Below are positions 17,534 through 27,054 of a stretch of 64,000 bases of DNA, piece after piece (positions within the stretch are counted from its first letter, which is position 1; the number at the start of each line of letters is the position of its first letter). Made by a program: the position numbers and the translations under genes. The stretch comes from a bacterium TMED161 (GTDB lineage: Bacteria; Fidelibacterota; Marinisomatia; SCGC-AAA003-L08; D37C17): positions 7,629 through 71,628 of the forward strand of contig NHHK01000020.1 of assembly GCA_002171125.1 (NCBI GenBank), read 5' to 3'. The notes under the pieces are model-generated. The model was not told the DNA's origin, did no database searches, and was given only the letters and a program-made list of their open reading frames with translations.

Positions 17534-18440
17534 ACTTTTTACTAATATAAAAAACTATTTAATTGATTTAGGTAAGCTTGATAGGAGGTATATATTTTTA
17601 CTTATAGGTTTATCTGTTTTAATTCCTTTGATGAAACCTAATTGGATAAATATACCTATAAAAACTACAAATAATTCTCAGATTGTATTTAATGAACTCA
17701 ATAAGCTAAATGAAGGCGATAGGGTTTTAGTCTCTTTTGAATATGGAGCTAGTACTAAACCAGAAATTCACCCTATGTCTGTCGCAGTTTTACAGCATTT
17801 ATTCTCTAAAGGTGTAAAAGTATATACAGTACCGCTTTGGCCAGAAGGTTTAATGATGGCAAAGTATGCCATTCAAGAAGTAGTAGATTCTAAGTTGTTT
17901 AATATAAAAGAACATGTTGATTATGTCAGTCTTCCATATAAAGCAGGTGGAGAGATTATTATACGCGGCATTGCAACAGATCTTCGTTCAATATTTACGC
18001 AAGATGTAAACAATATTTTGTTAAAAGAAATACCAATGATGAAAGGTGTTAATCGAGTTTCAGACTTTGACTTTGTTTTTGACTTATCTGCTGGTGTACC
18101 TGGTAACGCAGAATGGGTGCAGTTTGCCTGTGATGAATATAAGGTGCCATTATCATCTGGATGCACTTCTATAATGGTTACAGATGCTATCCCTTATGTT
18201 GAATCAGGACAAATCAGAGGAATCTTAGCTGGCATGCCAGGAGCAGCTGAATATGAGCAGATGGTATTTAAATATTTGAATAGTTTAGACAAAAATAAAT
18301 ATATGAATCCAGATATAGCAGTGGTGCCAGGTAAGGCAACATCAAGAATGTCAGCACAATCTATTGCACATGTATTAATGGTTGTGTTTATTATCCTAGG
18401 AAATATCTCATATTATCTTCTAAGAAGGAGAGCTGAGTAA
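17526..18440 (+). CDS. Membrane protein with the same TM / alpha-beta domain / TM layout as gene D (cluster gene F)
   Basis: GTG start with an 8-nt overlap. N-terminal TM, a polar domain (DRVLVSFEYGAS..SSGCTSIMVTDAIPYV) and a C-terminal TM. Confidence 0.6.
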   Translation: MTKLFTNIKNYLIDLGKLDRRYIFLLIGLSVLIPLMKPNWINIPIKTTNNSQIVFNELNKLNEGDRVLVSFEYGASTKPEIHPMSVAVLQHLFSKGVKVYTVPLWPEGLMMAKYAIQEVVDSKLFNIKEHVDYVSLPYKAGGEIIIRGIATDLRSIFTQDVNNILLKEIPMMKGVNRVSDFDFVFDLSAGVPGNAEWVQFACDEYKVPLSSGCTSIMVTDAIPYVESGQIRGILAGMPGAAEYEQMVFKYLNSLDKNKYMNPDIAVVPGKATSRMSAQSIAHVLMVVFIILGNISYYLLRRRAE

Positions 18441-19162
18441 TGTATGAGTTAATAGGAGTTTGGTGTGTTGTACTATTAACACTAAGTATATTTAGTTACC
18501 TCTATGGTGACAATCCATTTTATAAGGCGGCAGAGCATATATTTGTAGGTGTTTCAGCTGGATATGTATTTACAATAACATTTTGGGATACGATTTGGCC
18601 TAATCTATTTGGAAGATTATTCCCTAAATATGTTGGTGCGGGTTTTAGCTTTGATATAACATATATCTTCCCTTTGATTCTTGGTGTATTTATGCTTTTT
18701 AGACTTTCAAAAAAATATGATTGGCTTTCTCGTATTTCAATCGCTTACATCGTAGGCATGATGGCCGGATTAAAATTTTATGTATTTCTTAATTCAAATT
18801 TATTGACTCAAATCAAAAGCTCAACAGTTAATCTATCTGGTACTTACTTCAGTATATTTAATGATTTAATTATTTTAGTTGGTGTTATTTCTGGACTTGT
18901 TTACTTTTTCTTTTCTAAAGAACATACTGGAGCATTAGGAAAAATAAGTAGAATTGGAGTTTATTTCCTTATGATTAAGTTTGGAGCATCTTTTGGCTTT
19001 GCAGTTATGGGAAGAATATCACTTTTGATAGGTAGGTTTGAAGAACTTATAGAATTCAGTAAGCCAGAGTATTACTATTCAACTCCAGTAACTTTATTAA
19101 TTATGATAATGATCATAGGATATTGGGCGTATAAAGATAATACTAAACCTTTAGAAAAATAA
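18440..19162 (+). CDS. Polytopic membrane protein (cluster gene G)
   Basis: TAATG overlap with gene F. About 6 hydrophobic segments. No family recognised. Confidence 0.6.
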   Translation: MYELIGVWCVVLLTLSIFSYLYGDNPFYKAAEHIFVGVSAGYVFTITFWDTIWPNLFGRLFPKYVGAGFSFDITYIFPLILGVFMLFRLSKKYDWLSRISIAYIVGMMAGLKFYVFLNSNLLTQIKSSTVNLSGTYFSIFNDLIILVGVISGLVYFFFSKEHTGALGKISRIGVYFLMIKFGASFGFAVMGRISLLIGRFEELIEFSKPEYYYSTPVTLLIMIMIIGYWAYKDNTKPLEK

Positions 19163-19175
19163 TTTTGAGGAGACT

Positions 19176-20708
19176 ATGGAAGATATTTTAAAAGAATTAT
19201 TGATTCAAAAAGAAAATTACGGTTCGTGCATTGGAGGTGAGGGTTGGTTAGAGACAACAAATCTAGGTGAGTTTAAATCAATAAATCCATCAAATGGTGA
19301 TCAAATAGCATCAGTATATAAATGTTCTGACCAAGATTATGAAAAAGTTGTAAAATATTCATCCGAAGCATTTAAAGAATGGAGAAAAGTACCTGCCCCA
19401 GAAAGAGGGCAATTAATTTTTGAGATGGGAAATAAATTAAGAGAACATAAAGATGCTCTTGGTAGTTTAGTATCATTAGAAATGGGAAAAATAAAAGCAG
19501 AAGGTGATGGGGAAGTTCAGGAGATGATTGATATTGCTGATTTTGCTGTTGGATTATCTAGGCAGCTTTATGGCCTCACAATGCACTCTGAGCGTCCAGA
19601 TCATAGAATGTATGAGCAGTGGCATCCAATTGGTAATGTTGGAATTATTTCTGCATTTAATTTTCCAGTAGCTGTATGGGCATGGAATTCTTTTATAGCT
19701 GCTATATGTGGAAATATTTCAATTTGGAAGCCATCTGAAAAGACGCCATTAACTGCAATTGCAGTTCAAAATATTTGTAATCAGGTCTTAAAAGAAAACA
19801 ATCTTAAGGGAATCTTTAACTTAGTCGTTGGCACCGGCGATGAAATTGGTAAAAAATTAGTAAATGATAATAGAATTCCCCTTATTTCAGCCACTGGTTC
19901 AACAAGAATGGGAAAGACTGTTGCTCAGGATGTAGCTAAACGTCTAGGGAAGACTATACTAGAATTAGGTGGAAATAATGCCATTATTGTTGATGAGACT
20001 GCCAGTATGAATTTAGTAGTACCAGCAATAGTTTTTGGTGCAGTAGGTACTGCTGGTCAAAGATGTACTTCAACTAGACGAATTATTGCTCATTCATCTA
20101 TTATGGATGATTTAGCCTCAAAATTAGTTAGCGCATATAGTCAAGTAAAAATTGGAGACCCACTTGATGCTAATACTTTAATGGGTCCACTTATTGATCA
20201 GATGGCAATTGATAATTATAAAAATGCTATAGATAAAGCAAAAGAGGAGGGTGGTGAGGTCCTTTGTGGTGGGAATCCAATTCAATTTAATAATGGTTTT
20301 TTTGTTGAACCAACTATTATTAAGGTTGAAAGTGATTTTGAAATTGTCAAAGAAGAGACTTTTGCACCAATCTTATATATAATGAGTTATAATAATTTAG
20401 AAGAAGCTATTGATATCCATAATGATGTACCACAAGGGTTGTCTTCGGCAATATTTACGAATAATGTTATTAATTCTGAAAGATTTTTATCTGCCAGAGG
20501 AAGTGACTGTGGAATTGCAAATGTAAACATAGGAACCTCTGGTGCAGAAATAGGTGGTGCATTTGGAGGAGAAAAAGAGACAGGTGGTGGACGGGAATCT
20601 GGTTCAGATTCATGGAAAGCATACATGAGACGACAAACAAATACAATTAATTGGAGTCATGATCTTCCGTTAGCACAAGGAATTAAATTTGATTTGGAGA
20701 ATAATTAA
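19176..20708 (+). CDS. ALDH7-type aldehyde dehydrogenase (alpha-aminoadipic semialdehyde / piperideine-6-carboxylate dehydrogenase)
   Basis: GAGGAG Shine-Dalgarno sequence. Aldehyde dehydrogenase motifs ELGGNNA and catalytic GQRCTSTRR. The N-terminal and C-terminal regions ([14 protein letters not shown]) are typical of the ALDH7/AmaB group. Confidence 0.8.
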   Translation: MEDILKELLIQKENYGSCIGGEGWLETTNLGEFKSINPSNGDQIASVYKCSDQDYEKVVKYSSEAFKEWRKVPAPERGQLIFEMGNKLREHKDALGSLVSLEMGKIKAEGDGEVQEMIDIADFAVGLSRQLYGLTMHSERPDHRMYEQWHPIGNVGIISAFNFPVAVWAWNSFIAAICGNISIWKPSEKTPLTAIAVQNICNQVLKENNLKGIFNLVVGTGDEIGKKLVNDNRIPLISATGSTRMGKTVAQDVAKRLGKTILELGGNNAIIVDETASMNLVVPAIVFGAVGTAGQRCTSTRRIIAHSSIMDDLASKLVSAYSQVKIGDPLDANTLMGPLIDQMAIDNYKNAIDKAKEEGGEVLCGGNPIQFNNGFFVEPTIIKVESDFEIVKEETFAPILYIMSYNNLEEAIDIHNDVPQGLSSAIFTNNVINSERFLSARGSDCGIANVNIGTSGAEIGGAFGGEKETGGGRESGSDSWKAYMRRQTNTINWSHDLPLAQGIKFDLENN

Positions 20709-22060
20709 TGATTAAAGCAAATGATGTTAAAGGTATACTATCAAAAAATATTTTAGCTGATGGTTTTACCCCAATAATGGATTTAGAAAAAAGTAAAGGT
20801 TCCTATATAGTTGATCAATTGAAAGGTGAAAAACATTTAGATATGTTCTCTATGTTTGCTTCAGCTTCCATAGGATACAATCACCCTAAAATTGTAGAAA
20901 ATACTGATTTGCTTGGTAAGGTTGCAAAAATAAAACCTACATTGTCAGATTTGTATAATGTTTATTATGCTGAATTTTTAGATACATTTAATAGAATTGC
21001 AATTCCAGACTACTTACCTCATGCTTTTTTTATAGAAGGTGGCTCATTGGCGGTTGAAAATGCCCTTAAAATTGCATTTGACTGGAAAGTTCGGAAAAAT
21101 CTTGAATCAGGAAAAGGAAAGAAAGGCTCACAAATAATTCATTTTAAGCAAGCTTTTCATGGAAGATCTGGATATACAATGTCATTAACAAATACGACGG
21201 ACCCACGAAAAACAATGTATTTTCCAAAATTTGATTGGCCCAGAATTGAAAATCCATATCTAAGTTATCCAATTACTTCAGATATTATTGAAAATGTTAT
21301 TAAAAATGAACAAATTGCTATAAATCAGATTAAAGATGCATTAACTAAAAACAAAGATGATATCGCAGGATTAATTATTGAGCCAATTCAAGGTGAAGGA
21401 GGTGATAATTTTTTTAGATGTCAATTTCTTCAAATGCTAAGAGATCTTGCAAATGAAAATGAATTTCTTCTTATTTATGATGAGGTCCAAACTGGTATCG
21501 GGATTACTGGAAAAATGTGGGCACATCAAAATTATACACCTAATTTATGTGAGTGTGACCCTCCAATTATAGAAAAGCCTATTCCTGATGTTATGTCATT
21601 TGGTAAAAAGACTCAAGTATGTGGAGTATTAGCAGGTAAAAGAGTCGAAGAAGTCGACAAGCATGTATTTAATGAATCTAGCAGAATCAATTCTACTTTT
21701 GGTGGAAATCTTGTGGATATGATGAGATTTAAATTAATACTAGAAGTTATAGAAGAAGAGAATTTATTAGATAATGCAAAAAAAGTAGGTAGTTACTTGC
21801 TTTCCGAATTAGAAAATCTTGAACATAGTTATCCTGCCTATTTAACAAACTCTAGAGGTTTAGGGCTATGGGCAGCTTTTGACCTTCCTTCAATGACAGA
21901 AAGAGATGAGTTGTGGAGTAGAATGCTTGCAAATAAACTTCTAATATTGCCTTCAGGAGATAAATCTATAAGGTTTAGACCTCATTTGAATGTTAATAAA
22001 GAAGAAATTGATGAAGCTATAGGTATTATTGAAATGTCAATAAAACAATGCCTAAAATAA
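20708..22060 (+). CDS. lat: L-lysine 6-transaminase (class III aminotransferase)
   Basis: The N-terminus LADGFTPIMDLEKSKGSYIVD..FSMFASASIGYNHP and the PLP-lysine region SFGKKTQVCG match the LAT family. TAATG-coupled to the ALDH7 gene. Confidence 0.75.
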   Translation: MIKANDVKGILSKNILADGFTPIMDLEKSKGSYIVDQLKGEKHLDMFSMFASASIGYNHPKIVENTDLLGKVAKIKPTLSDLYNVYYAEFLDTFNRIAIPDYLPHAFFIEGGSLAVENALKIAFDWKVRKNLESGKGKKGSQIIHFKQAFHGRSGYTMSLTNTTDPRKTMYFPKFDWPRIENPYLSYPITSDIIENVIKNEQIAINQIKDALTKNKDDIAGLIIEPIQGEGGDNFFRCQFLQMLRDLANENEFLLIYDEVQTGIGITGKMWAHQNYTPNLCECDPPIIEKPIPDVMSFGKKTQVCGVLAGKRVEEVDKHVFNESSRINSTFGGNLVDMMRFKLILEVIEEENLLDNAKKVGSYLLSELENLEHSYPAYLTNSRGLGLWAAFDLPSMTERDELWSRMLANKLLILPSGDKSIRFRPHLNVNKEEIDEAIGIIEMSIKQCLK

Positions 22061-22749
22061 ATTTAGGAACTCTTTATGTCGTATCTACACCAATAGGTAA
22101 TCTTCAGGATATAACTAAAAGAGCTTTAGATTGTCTTAAAACAGTTGACTACATACTTTGTGAAGATACTCGAATTACTAATAGATTACTATTAAAGTAC
22201 AATATACAATCAAAGTTGATTAGCTATAATGAGAAAAATGAACATAATAGAATTTCTAAAGTAATAGATGATTTGAATAATAATTTTAACATAGCTTTAG
22301 TTTCCGATGCTGGAACACCATGTATTAGTGACCCTGGTTATAGATTAGTTTCTCATATTAAAAAAAATAATTTAGATTTCAATGTACTTCCACTACCCGG
22401 ACCATCTGCAGCTTTAAGCGCATTATCTGTATCTGGATTACCCTCTGATAGTTTTTATTTTGTTGGATTTTTACCTAAGAAAAAGGGAAGACAAAAAAAA
22501 ATAAATCAGATAAAAGAAATTGATTCAAGTATAATATTGTATGAAGCTCCATATCGAATTAATAAAACATTAAGTGATTTATATTCATATCTAGGCGATA
22601 GAAAGATATTTATAGCAAGAGAAATGACTAAAATGTATGAACAGCATTTTTATGGTACCATTAAATCAATGATTGATCAAAATATCCATATTAATCCTAA
22701 GGGTGAATATGTAATTATAATAGCAAAAGAAGGATATCTTGTTGAATAG
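22048..22749 (+). CDS. rsmI: 16S rRNA (cytidine1402-2'-O)-methyltransferase
   Basis: LYVVSTPIGNLQDITKRALDCLKTVDYILCEDTR and SDAGTPCISDPG motifs. Confidence 0.9.
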   Translation: MPKINLGTLYVVSTPIGNLQDITKRALDCLKTVDYILCEDTRITNRLLLKYNIQSKLISYNEKNEHNRISKVIDDLNNNFNIALVSDAGTPCISDPGYRLVSHIKKNNLDFNVLPLPGPSAALSALSVSGLPSDSFYFVGFLPKKKGRQKKINQIKEIDSSIILYEAPYRINKTLSDLYSYLGDRKIFIAREMTKMYEQHFYGTIKSMIDQNIHINPKGEYVIIIAKEGYLVE

Positions 22750-23353
22750 ATTTATTGTATTTGAAGGTATAGATGGGTCAGGTAAATCTACTCAAATTAA
22801 GTTACTTGAGCAGAAATTAAAGCAATATTCAATATCTTTCTCCACATTTAGGGAGCCTGGAGGAAATCTGTTGTCAGAAAAGATTAGAGAAATCTTATTG
22901 GATAAAGATATTTCCATATGTGATGAATCCGAGCTTATGCTATTTCTTGCTGCTAGAGGACAAAATACAGAAGAGGGGATTTTAAAAGAATTAAGTCAAG
23001 GTAAGTTTGTTATATGTGATCGCTATTCTGATAGTTCTATGGCTTATCAAGGATTTGGTAAGGAACTAGATAAAGATTTTATAAATTCTTGTAATAAATT
23101 TGTAACTAAAGGAATAACTCCATCTATAACAGTTATTTTAGATATTTCACGGAATGTATCCAAAAATAGAGATGATAGTGAAAATGATCGAATGGAAAAT
23201 AATTCTAATACATTTTTCATGAAAGTTGAAGAGGGATATCGTAAAATAGCAAAAGCGTATCCTAATAGATATTTATTGATTGATGGTTCTTTAAATATTG
23301 AACAGATACATAACTTAATTTGGAGTAAGTTTAAAAAGGAATTTGATTTATGA
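22739..23353 (+). CDS. tmk: Thymidylate kinase
   Basis: P-loop FIVFEGIDGSGKSTQ and the DRY-type motif CDRYSDSSMAYQG. Confidence 0.9.
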   Translation: MLNRFIVFEGIDGSGKSTQIKLLEQKLKQYSISFSTFREPGGNLLSEKIREILLDKDISICDESELMLFLAARGQNTEEGILKELSQGKFVICDRYSDSSMAYQGFGKELDKDFINSCNKFVTKGITPSITVILDISRNVSKNRDDSENDRMENNSNTFFMKVEEGYRKIAKAYPNRYLLIDGSLNIEQIHNLIWSKFKKEFDL

Positions 23354-25755
23354 GATTTAAGATAATTTTGACATTTATATTTGTGCTTATGTTAGGAATG
23401 ATATTTTCTCAAGAAAGAACTAAAACTAAACAGAAATCTAAAAATAGTTATTCAAAAAAGAATCCCACATTAGAAAAAAATAATGAACTTGAAATTTTTA
23501 ATAAAGTATTTAATAATCTTAATAATTCTTATGTTGATTCACTTAACCACTCGAAAATAATTATGGCTGCAGTTGACGGGATGCTAGAATCATTAGATCC
23601 ATATACAAAAATTCTTAGAGGTGCTTCAAAAGAAAGATATGAAATGTTAGCCAAAGGTAAGTATGGCGGAGTAGGAATGTCAATTGATGAAGTAAGAGAT
23701 ACAGTAATCATAACAAGAGTGTATGAGGACAGCCCATCATATTTTGAAGGAATTATGGCTGGTGATATGATATTGGCTGTAGATACTACAAATGTAGTAA
23801 AATTAGGAAAGTCGGCTACAATAAAGCTTCTAAAAGGTGAAGTTGATACACCTGTTGAATTAACAATTCTAAGAAGACCAGGGAAGCAAAAGAAATTTTT
23901 CAGGCTGCTTAGAGGAAGTATTACTATAAATGATATTCCTTATTGGGGATTAGACGATGATAGCATTGGTTATATAAAAATAAATAAATTTTCGAAGTAT
24001 ACCTCCGAATATTTTAAAGAAGCACTATCATCAATGTCAGATAATGGTATGCAGGGTTTAATTATTGATCTAAGATCAAATGGAGGTGGATTATTACGTC
24101 AAGCAATCAATATTCTTGATTATTTGGTTGATAGAGATATGGAAAATCCAATACTTGTAAGAAAAGGTCGTGATTCAATTAGAAACTACTATTCAAAAAA
24201 TAATCCAATTATTGATAAATCAATTCCTATTATGATTCTACAAAATAATAGATCAGCATCAGCAAGCGAAATAGTGTCTGGTGTTTTACAAGATTTAGAT
24301 AGAGCTGTTATTCAAGGACAAAATTCTTTTGGTAAAGGGTTAGTGCAGATAACAAAAACTATTAATGATAGCTTGAAACTTAAAGTTACTGCTGCAAAGT
24401 ATTATCTACCAAGTGGTAGATTGATTCAAAAATATGACTATCTTGGAGATGGCTCTTTAATAGATGCAGAGAAAAAAGATTCAATATATTTTTCAATTAA
24501 TGGCAGAAAAATAAGAGGAGGTGGAGGCATTCAGCCAGATATTGATTCTAAAAAAAATAAAATGCCTGGATTTGTTCGATCGCTATGGGCTAATGAAAGA
24601 TTATTTGTTTTGTTTGGTGCAGAATATTCTCAAAAAATAACAGATGATGCTTTTAATCTGTACAGAAACTATCTAAAGAATAAATTTGGGAATGATTATG
24701 TTGATTTGGGTCAAAAGTATGCTATTGAAATTTTAAATGATAATAGTTTATCATATTTCGAAAAAATTATTATAGATAAAGAAAAAGAGATTGAGTTATC
24801 CTTAAATCTTAGTTTTATTAATCAAGCTGAAAAACTTTACAATCAACTAAATAAGCATACTGCTTATGAAAATTTATCTAATAAAAATTATGATGAGATT
24901 ATAAAACATGCAATTGAAGTTAGAAAGTATATACATTTATCAGATTCTGAGGCCCGTCCTTCAGAGCTCCTTAAGAATTATTTAACTGATAACAATCTAT
25001 TTTTCTATAAAGGCAGCTCCTCTAATAAAAAAATTGGTAAATATGAGCTATATTCAATTTTATCAAGATTACTTGGAATTATAATTGATCTTGATATTAG
25101 TAAGCTTGAAAATTATGATATCTATTTGTATGATATTAATTATCTGGATATTGATAGTCAGAAAGAAGATATAGCAACCAAAAACAGCGCTTTAAGTAAA
25201 AAAATGAAATCTCAAAATGAAGTATTGGATTGGTATTTTAAGTTATTTTATAATTTAATCACTCCTCCACATAATAATATAGGTTTCAGCGATGGTGATG
25301 TAGAATATATAGCAAAAAAATTCAAATTATTTTCAGAAAAAGAAAAATTAGTATCATTATTTAAAAAATTTGTTGATAGTTATAATTTTAACTATTTTAT
25401 TGATGGAGAGAAAGAATTTAATAATTTAAAAAATCGATTATCATCCCTTCCTGAATTTGTAGATACAGAATCAGATAATCAAAATTTCATTAATGAATAT
25501 CTTAGAAAAAAGAAGTTCAATAAACTTGTAAAGGAAATGGAAAATTATATTTACAAGAATAAGAAAAAATATTTTTTCTTAGATGAAAATAGTGATTGGA
25601 TAATAAACGGAATTTTCAGGGAATATGCAAAACTCTCAATAGATAATAGTTTAAGTGTAAAGACCAGCCTATATCTTGATAATGAATATCAACTAGCATT
25701 GTCTAAAATAAAAGATAAGGATGAACACTATAGATTATTAACTTTCTCTAGGTGA
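23350..25755 (+). CDS. S41 C-terminal processing peptidase with PDZ domain and a long C-terminal extension
   Basis: Signal peptide, PDZ-like region (GGVGMSI..GIMAGDMILAVD), S41 catalytic motifs RSNGGGLL and SASASEIV. It is followed by ~400 aa of low-complexity K/N/E-rich sequence. Confidence 0.85.
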   Translation: MRFKIILTFIFVLMLGMIFSQERTKTKQKSKNSYSKKNPTLEKNNELEIFNKVFNNLNNSYVDSLNHSKIIMAAVDGMLESLDPYTKILRGASKERYEMLAKGKYGGVGMSIDEVRDTVIITRVYEDSPSYFEGIMAGDMILAVDTTNVVKLGKSATIKLLKGEVDTPVELTILRRPGKQKKFFRLLRGSITINDIPYWGLDDDSIGYIKINKFSKYTSEYFKEALSSMSDNGMQGLIIDLRSNGGGLLRQAINILDYLVDRDMENPILVRKGRDSIRNYYSKNNPIIDKSIPIMILQNNRSASASEIVSGVLQDLDRAVIQGQNSFGKGLVQITKTINDSLKLKVTAAKYYLPSGRLIQKYDYLGDGSLIDAEKKDSIYFSINGRKIRGGGGIQPDIDSKKNKMPGFVRSLWANERLFVLFGAEYSQKITDDAFNLYRNYLKNKFGNDYVDLGQKYAIEILNDNSLSYFEKIIIDKEKEIELSLNLSFINQAEKLYNQLNKHTAYENLSNKNYDEIIKHAIEVRKYIHLSDSEARPSELLKNYLTDNNLFFYKGSSSNKKIGKYELYSILSRLLGIIIDLDISKLENYDIYLYDINYLDIDSQKEDIATKNSALSKKMKSQNEVLDWYFKLFYNLITPPHNNIGFSDGDVEYIAKKFKLFSEKEKLVSLFKKFVDSYNFNYFIDGEKEFNNLKNRLSSLPEFVDTESDNQNFINEYLRKKKFNKLVKEMENYIYKNKKKYFFLDENSDWIINGIFREYAKLSIDNSLSVKTSLYLDNEYQLALSKIKDKDEHYRLLTFSR

Positions 25756-25776
25756 TAAATTGAAGAATTTTATTTA

Positions 25777-25850
<74 letters not shown>

Positions 25851-25966
25851 CAGAAAAAAGATTTGAAAAATATTTTTTCTACGTTGGTAATCTAGTAAAG
25901 TAGTTGTTATATTACTCGACTTTACAAAAAACTATATTTTATTATAGTGAAAAGGAGATAAAACTT

Positions 25967-26479
25967 ATTTCAAAAAAGAAAGCAGTTGTTCTAAATGAAA
26001 ATATTAAAGCGTCTAAAGTTCGTTTAATAGATCATGATGGTAAGCAGTTTGGTATTGTATCAATAAATGACGCTTTAGAAAGAGCTACATCTTTAGGATT
26101 AGATTTAATTGAGCTTAATCCAGATTCAAATCCTCCTGTATGTAAGATCATTGATTATGGTAAGTATAAGTATGAACAGCAAAGACAAAAAAAATTAAAT
26201 AAGAAAAAGCAACATGTAATTCATGTTAAAGAAATAAGAGTTAGGCCTAATATTGGCCAGCATGATTTAGTAACAAAACTTAAAAAAGGTCAGAAGTTTT
26301 TATTAAATGGTGATAAATTGAAAATCACTGTTATGTTTAGAGGTAGAGAGATGCATAGGATGGAAGATGGAATAACCATTTTAAAAGAAGTAATAGAAGG
26401 TTTAAGTGATATCTCAAAAGTTGATAAACAGCCATCAACAGAAGGAAGAAGAATTTCTGTTGTTTTAAGTCCAATTTAA
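25967..26479 (+). CDS. infC: Translation initiation factor IF-3, ATT start codon
   Basis: IF-3 sequence (VRLIDHDGKQFGIVS..LDLIELNP..PPVCKIIDYGKYKY..KEIRVRPNIGQHD). The AAGGAG at 25952-25957 lies 9 nt before the ATT at 25967. The tracked TTG start at 25904 adds a non-homologous extension. Confidence 0.85.
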   Translation: MSKKKAVVLNENIKASKVRLIDHDGKQFGIVSINDALERATSLGLDLIELNPDSNPPVCKIIDYGKYKYEQQRQKKLNKKKQHVIHVKEIRVRPNIGQHDLVTKLKKGQKFLLNGDKLKITVMFRGREMHRMEDGITILKEVIEGLSDISKVDKQPSTEGRRISVVLSPI

Positions 26480-26499
26480 TTTGACAAAAGGGAGTAAAG

Positions 26500-26691
26500 A
26501 TGCCTAAAATGAAAACAAAAAAGAGTGCTGCTAAACGTTTTAAGAAAACAGGCTCAGGCAAGGTTAAATTCAATAAGTCTGGAAACAGACATTTGTCTAC
26601 AAGAAAAAGTCCGAATCGGAAGAGGCGTCTCCGTAAGGCTAATACAGTAAGTAAGGCAATGGAAAAAAGAACTAAAACAATGATTCAATAG
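26500..26691 (+). CDS. rpmI: 50S ribosomal protein L35
   Basis: [21 protein letters not shown].. is the canonical L35 N-terminus. Its position is infC-rpmI-rplT. Confidence 0.95.
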   Translation: MPKMKTKKSAAKRFKKTGSGKVKFNKSGNRHLSTRKSPNRKRRLRKANTVSKAMEKRTKTMIQ

Positions 26692-26701
26692 GAGTAGACT
26701 T

Positions 26702-27046
26702 ATGCCTAGAGCAAATAGTACAGTACCAAGAAAACAGAAACATAAAAAAATAATAAAGAGTGCTAAAGGCTACTTTGGTACAAGGAAGTCTAATTATCGT
26801 ACAGCAAAAGATGCTGTCCAGAAAGCACTACAATATTCTTATCGTGATAGAAGAGCTAAGAAAAGAGAATTTCGTAGATTATGGATCATGAGAATCAATG
26901 CTGCAGTTAGAATGCATGGATTGAGTTATTCAAAGTTTATTGCCTCATTAAAAGATAATAAAATTGAAATAAATCGTAAATCTCTTGCTCATATGGCTGT
27001 TCACGAACCAGATGCTTTTTCTGATTTAATTAAAAATATTTCTTAA
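26702..27046 (+). CDS. rplT: 50S ribosomal protein L20
   Basis: MPRA..KKHKKI..AKGYFG..AVQKALQYSYRDRRAKKREFRRLWIMRINAA is canonical L20. Confidence 0.95.
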   Translation: MPRANSTVPRKQKHKKIIKSAKGYFGTRKSNYRTAKDAVQKALQYSYRDRRAKKREFRRLWIMRINAAVRMHGLSYSKFIASLKDNKIEINRKSLAHMAVHEPDAFSDLIKNIS

Positions 27047-27054
27047 ATCCCAAA

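Noticed and set aside
25851-25880. AGAAAAAA..TTTTTTCT inverted repeat after tRNA-Val as a terminator.
   Set aside because: The stem is A/T only with a long loop, which is indistinguishable from chance in this AT-rich DNA.
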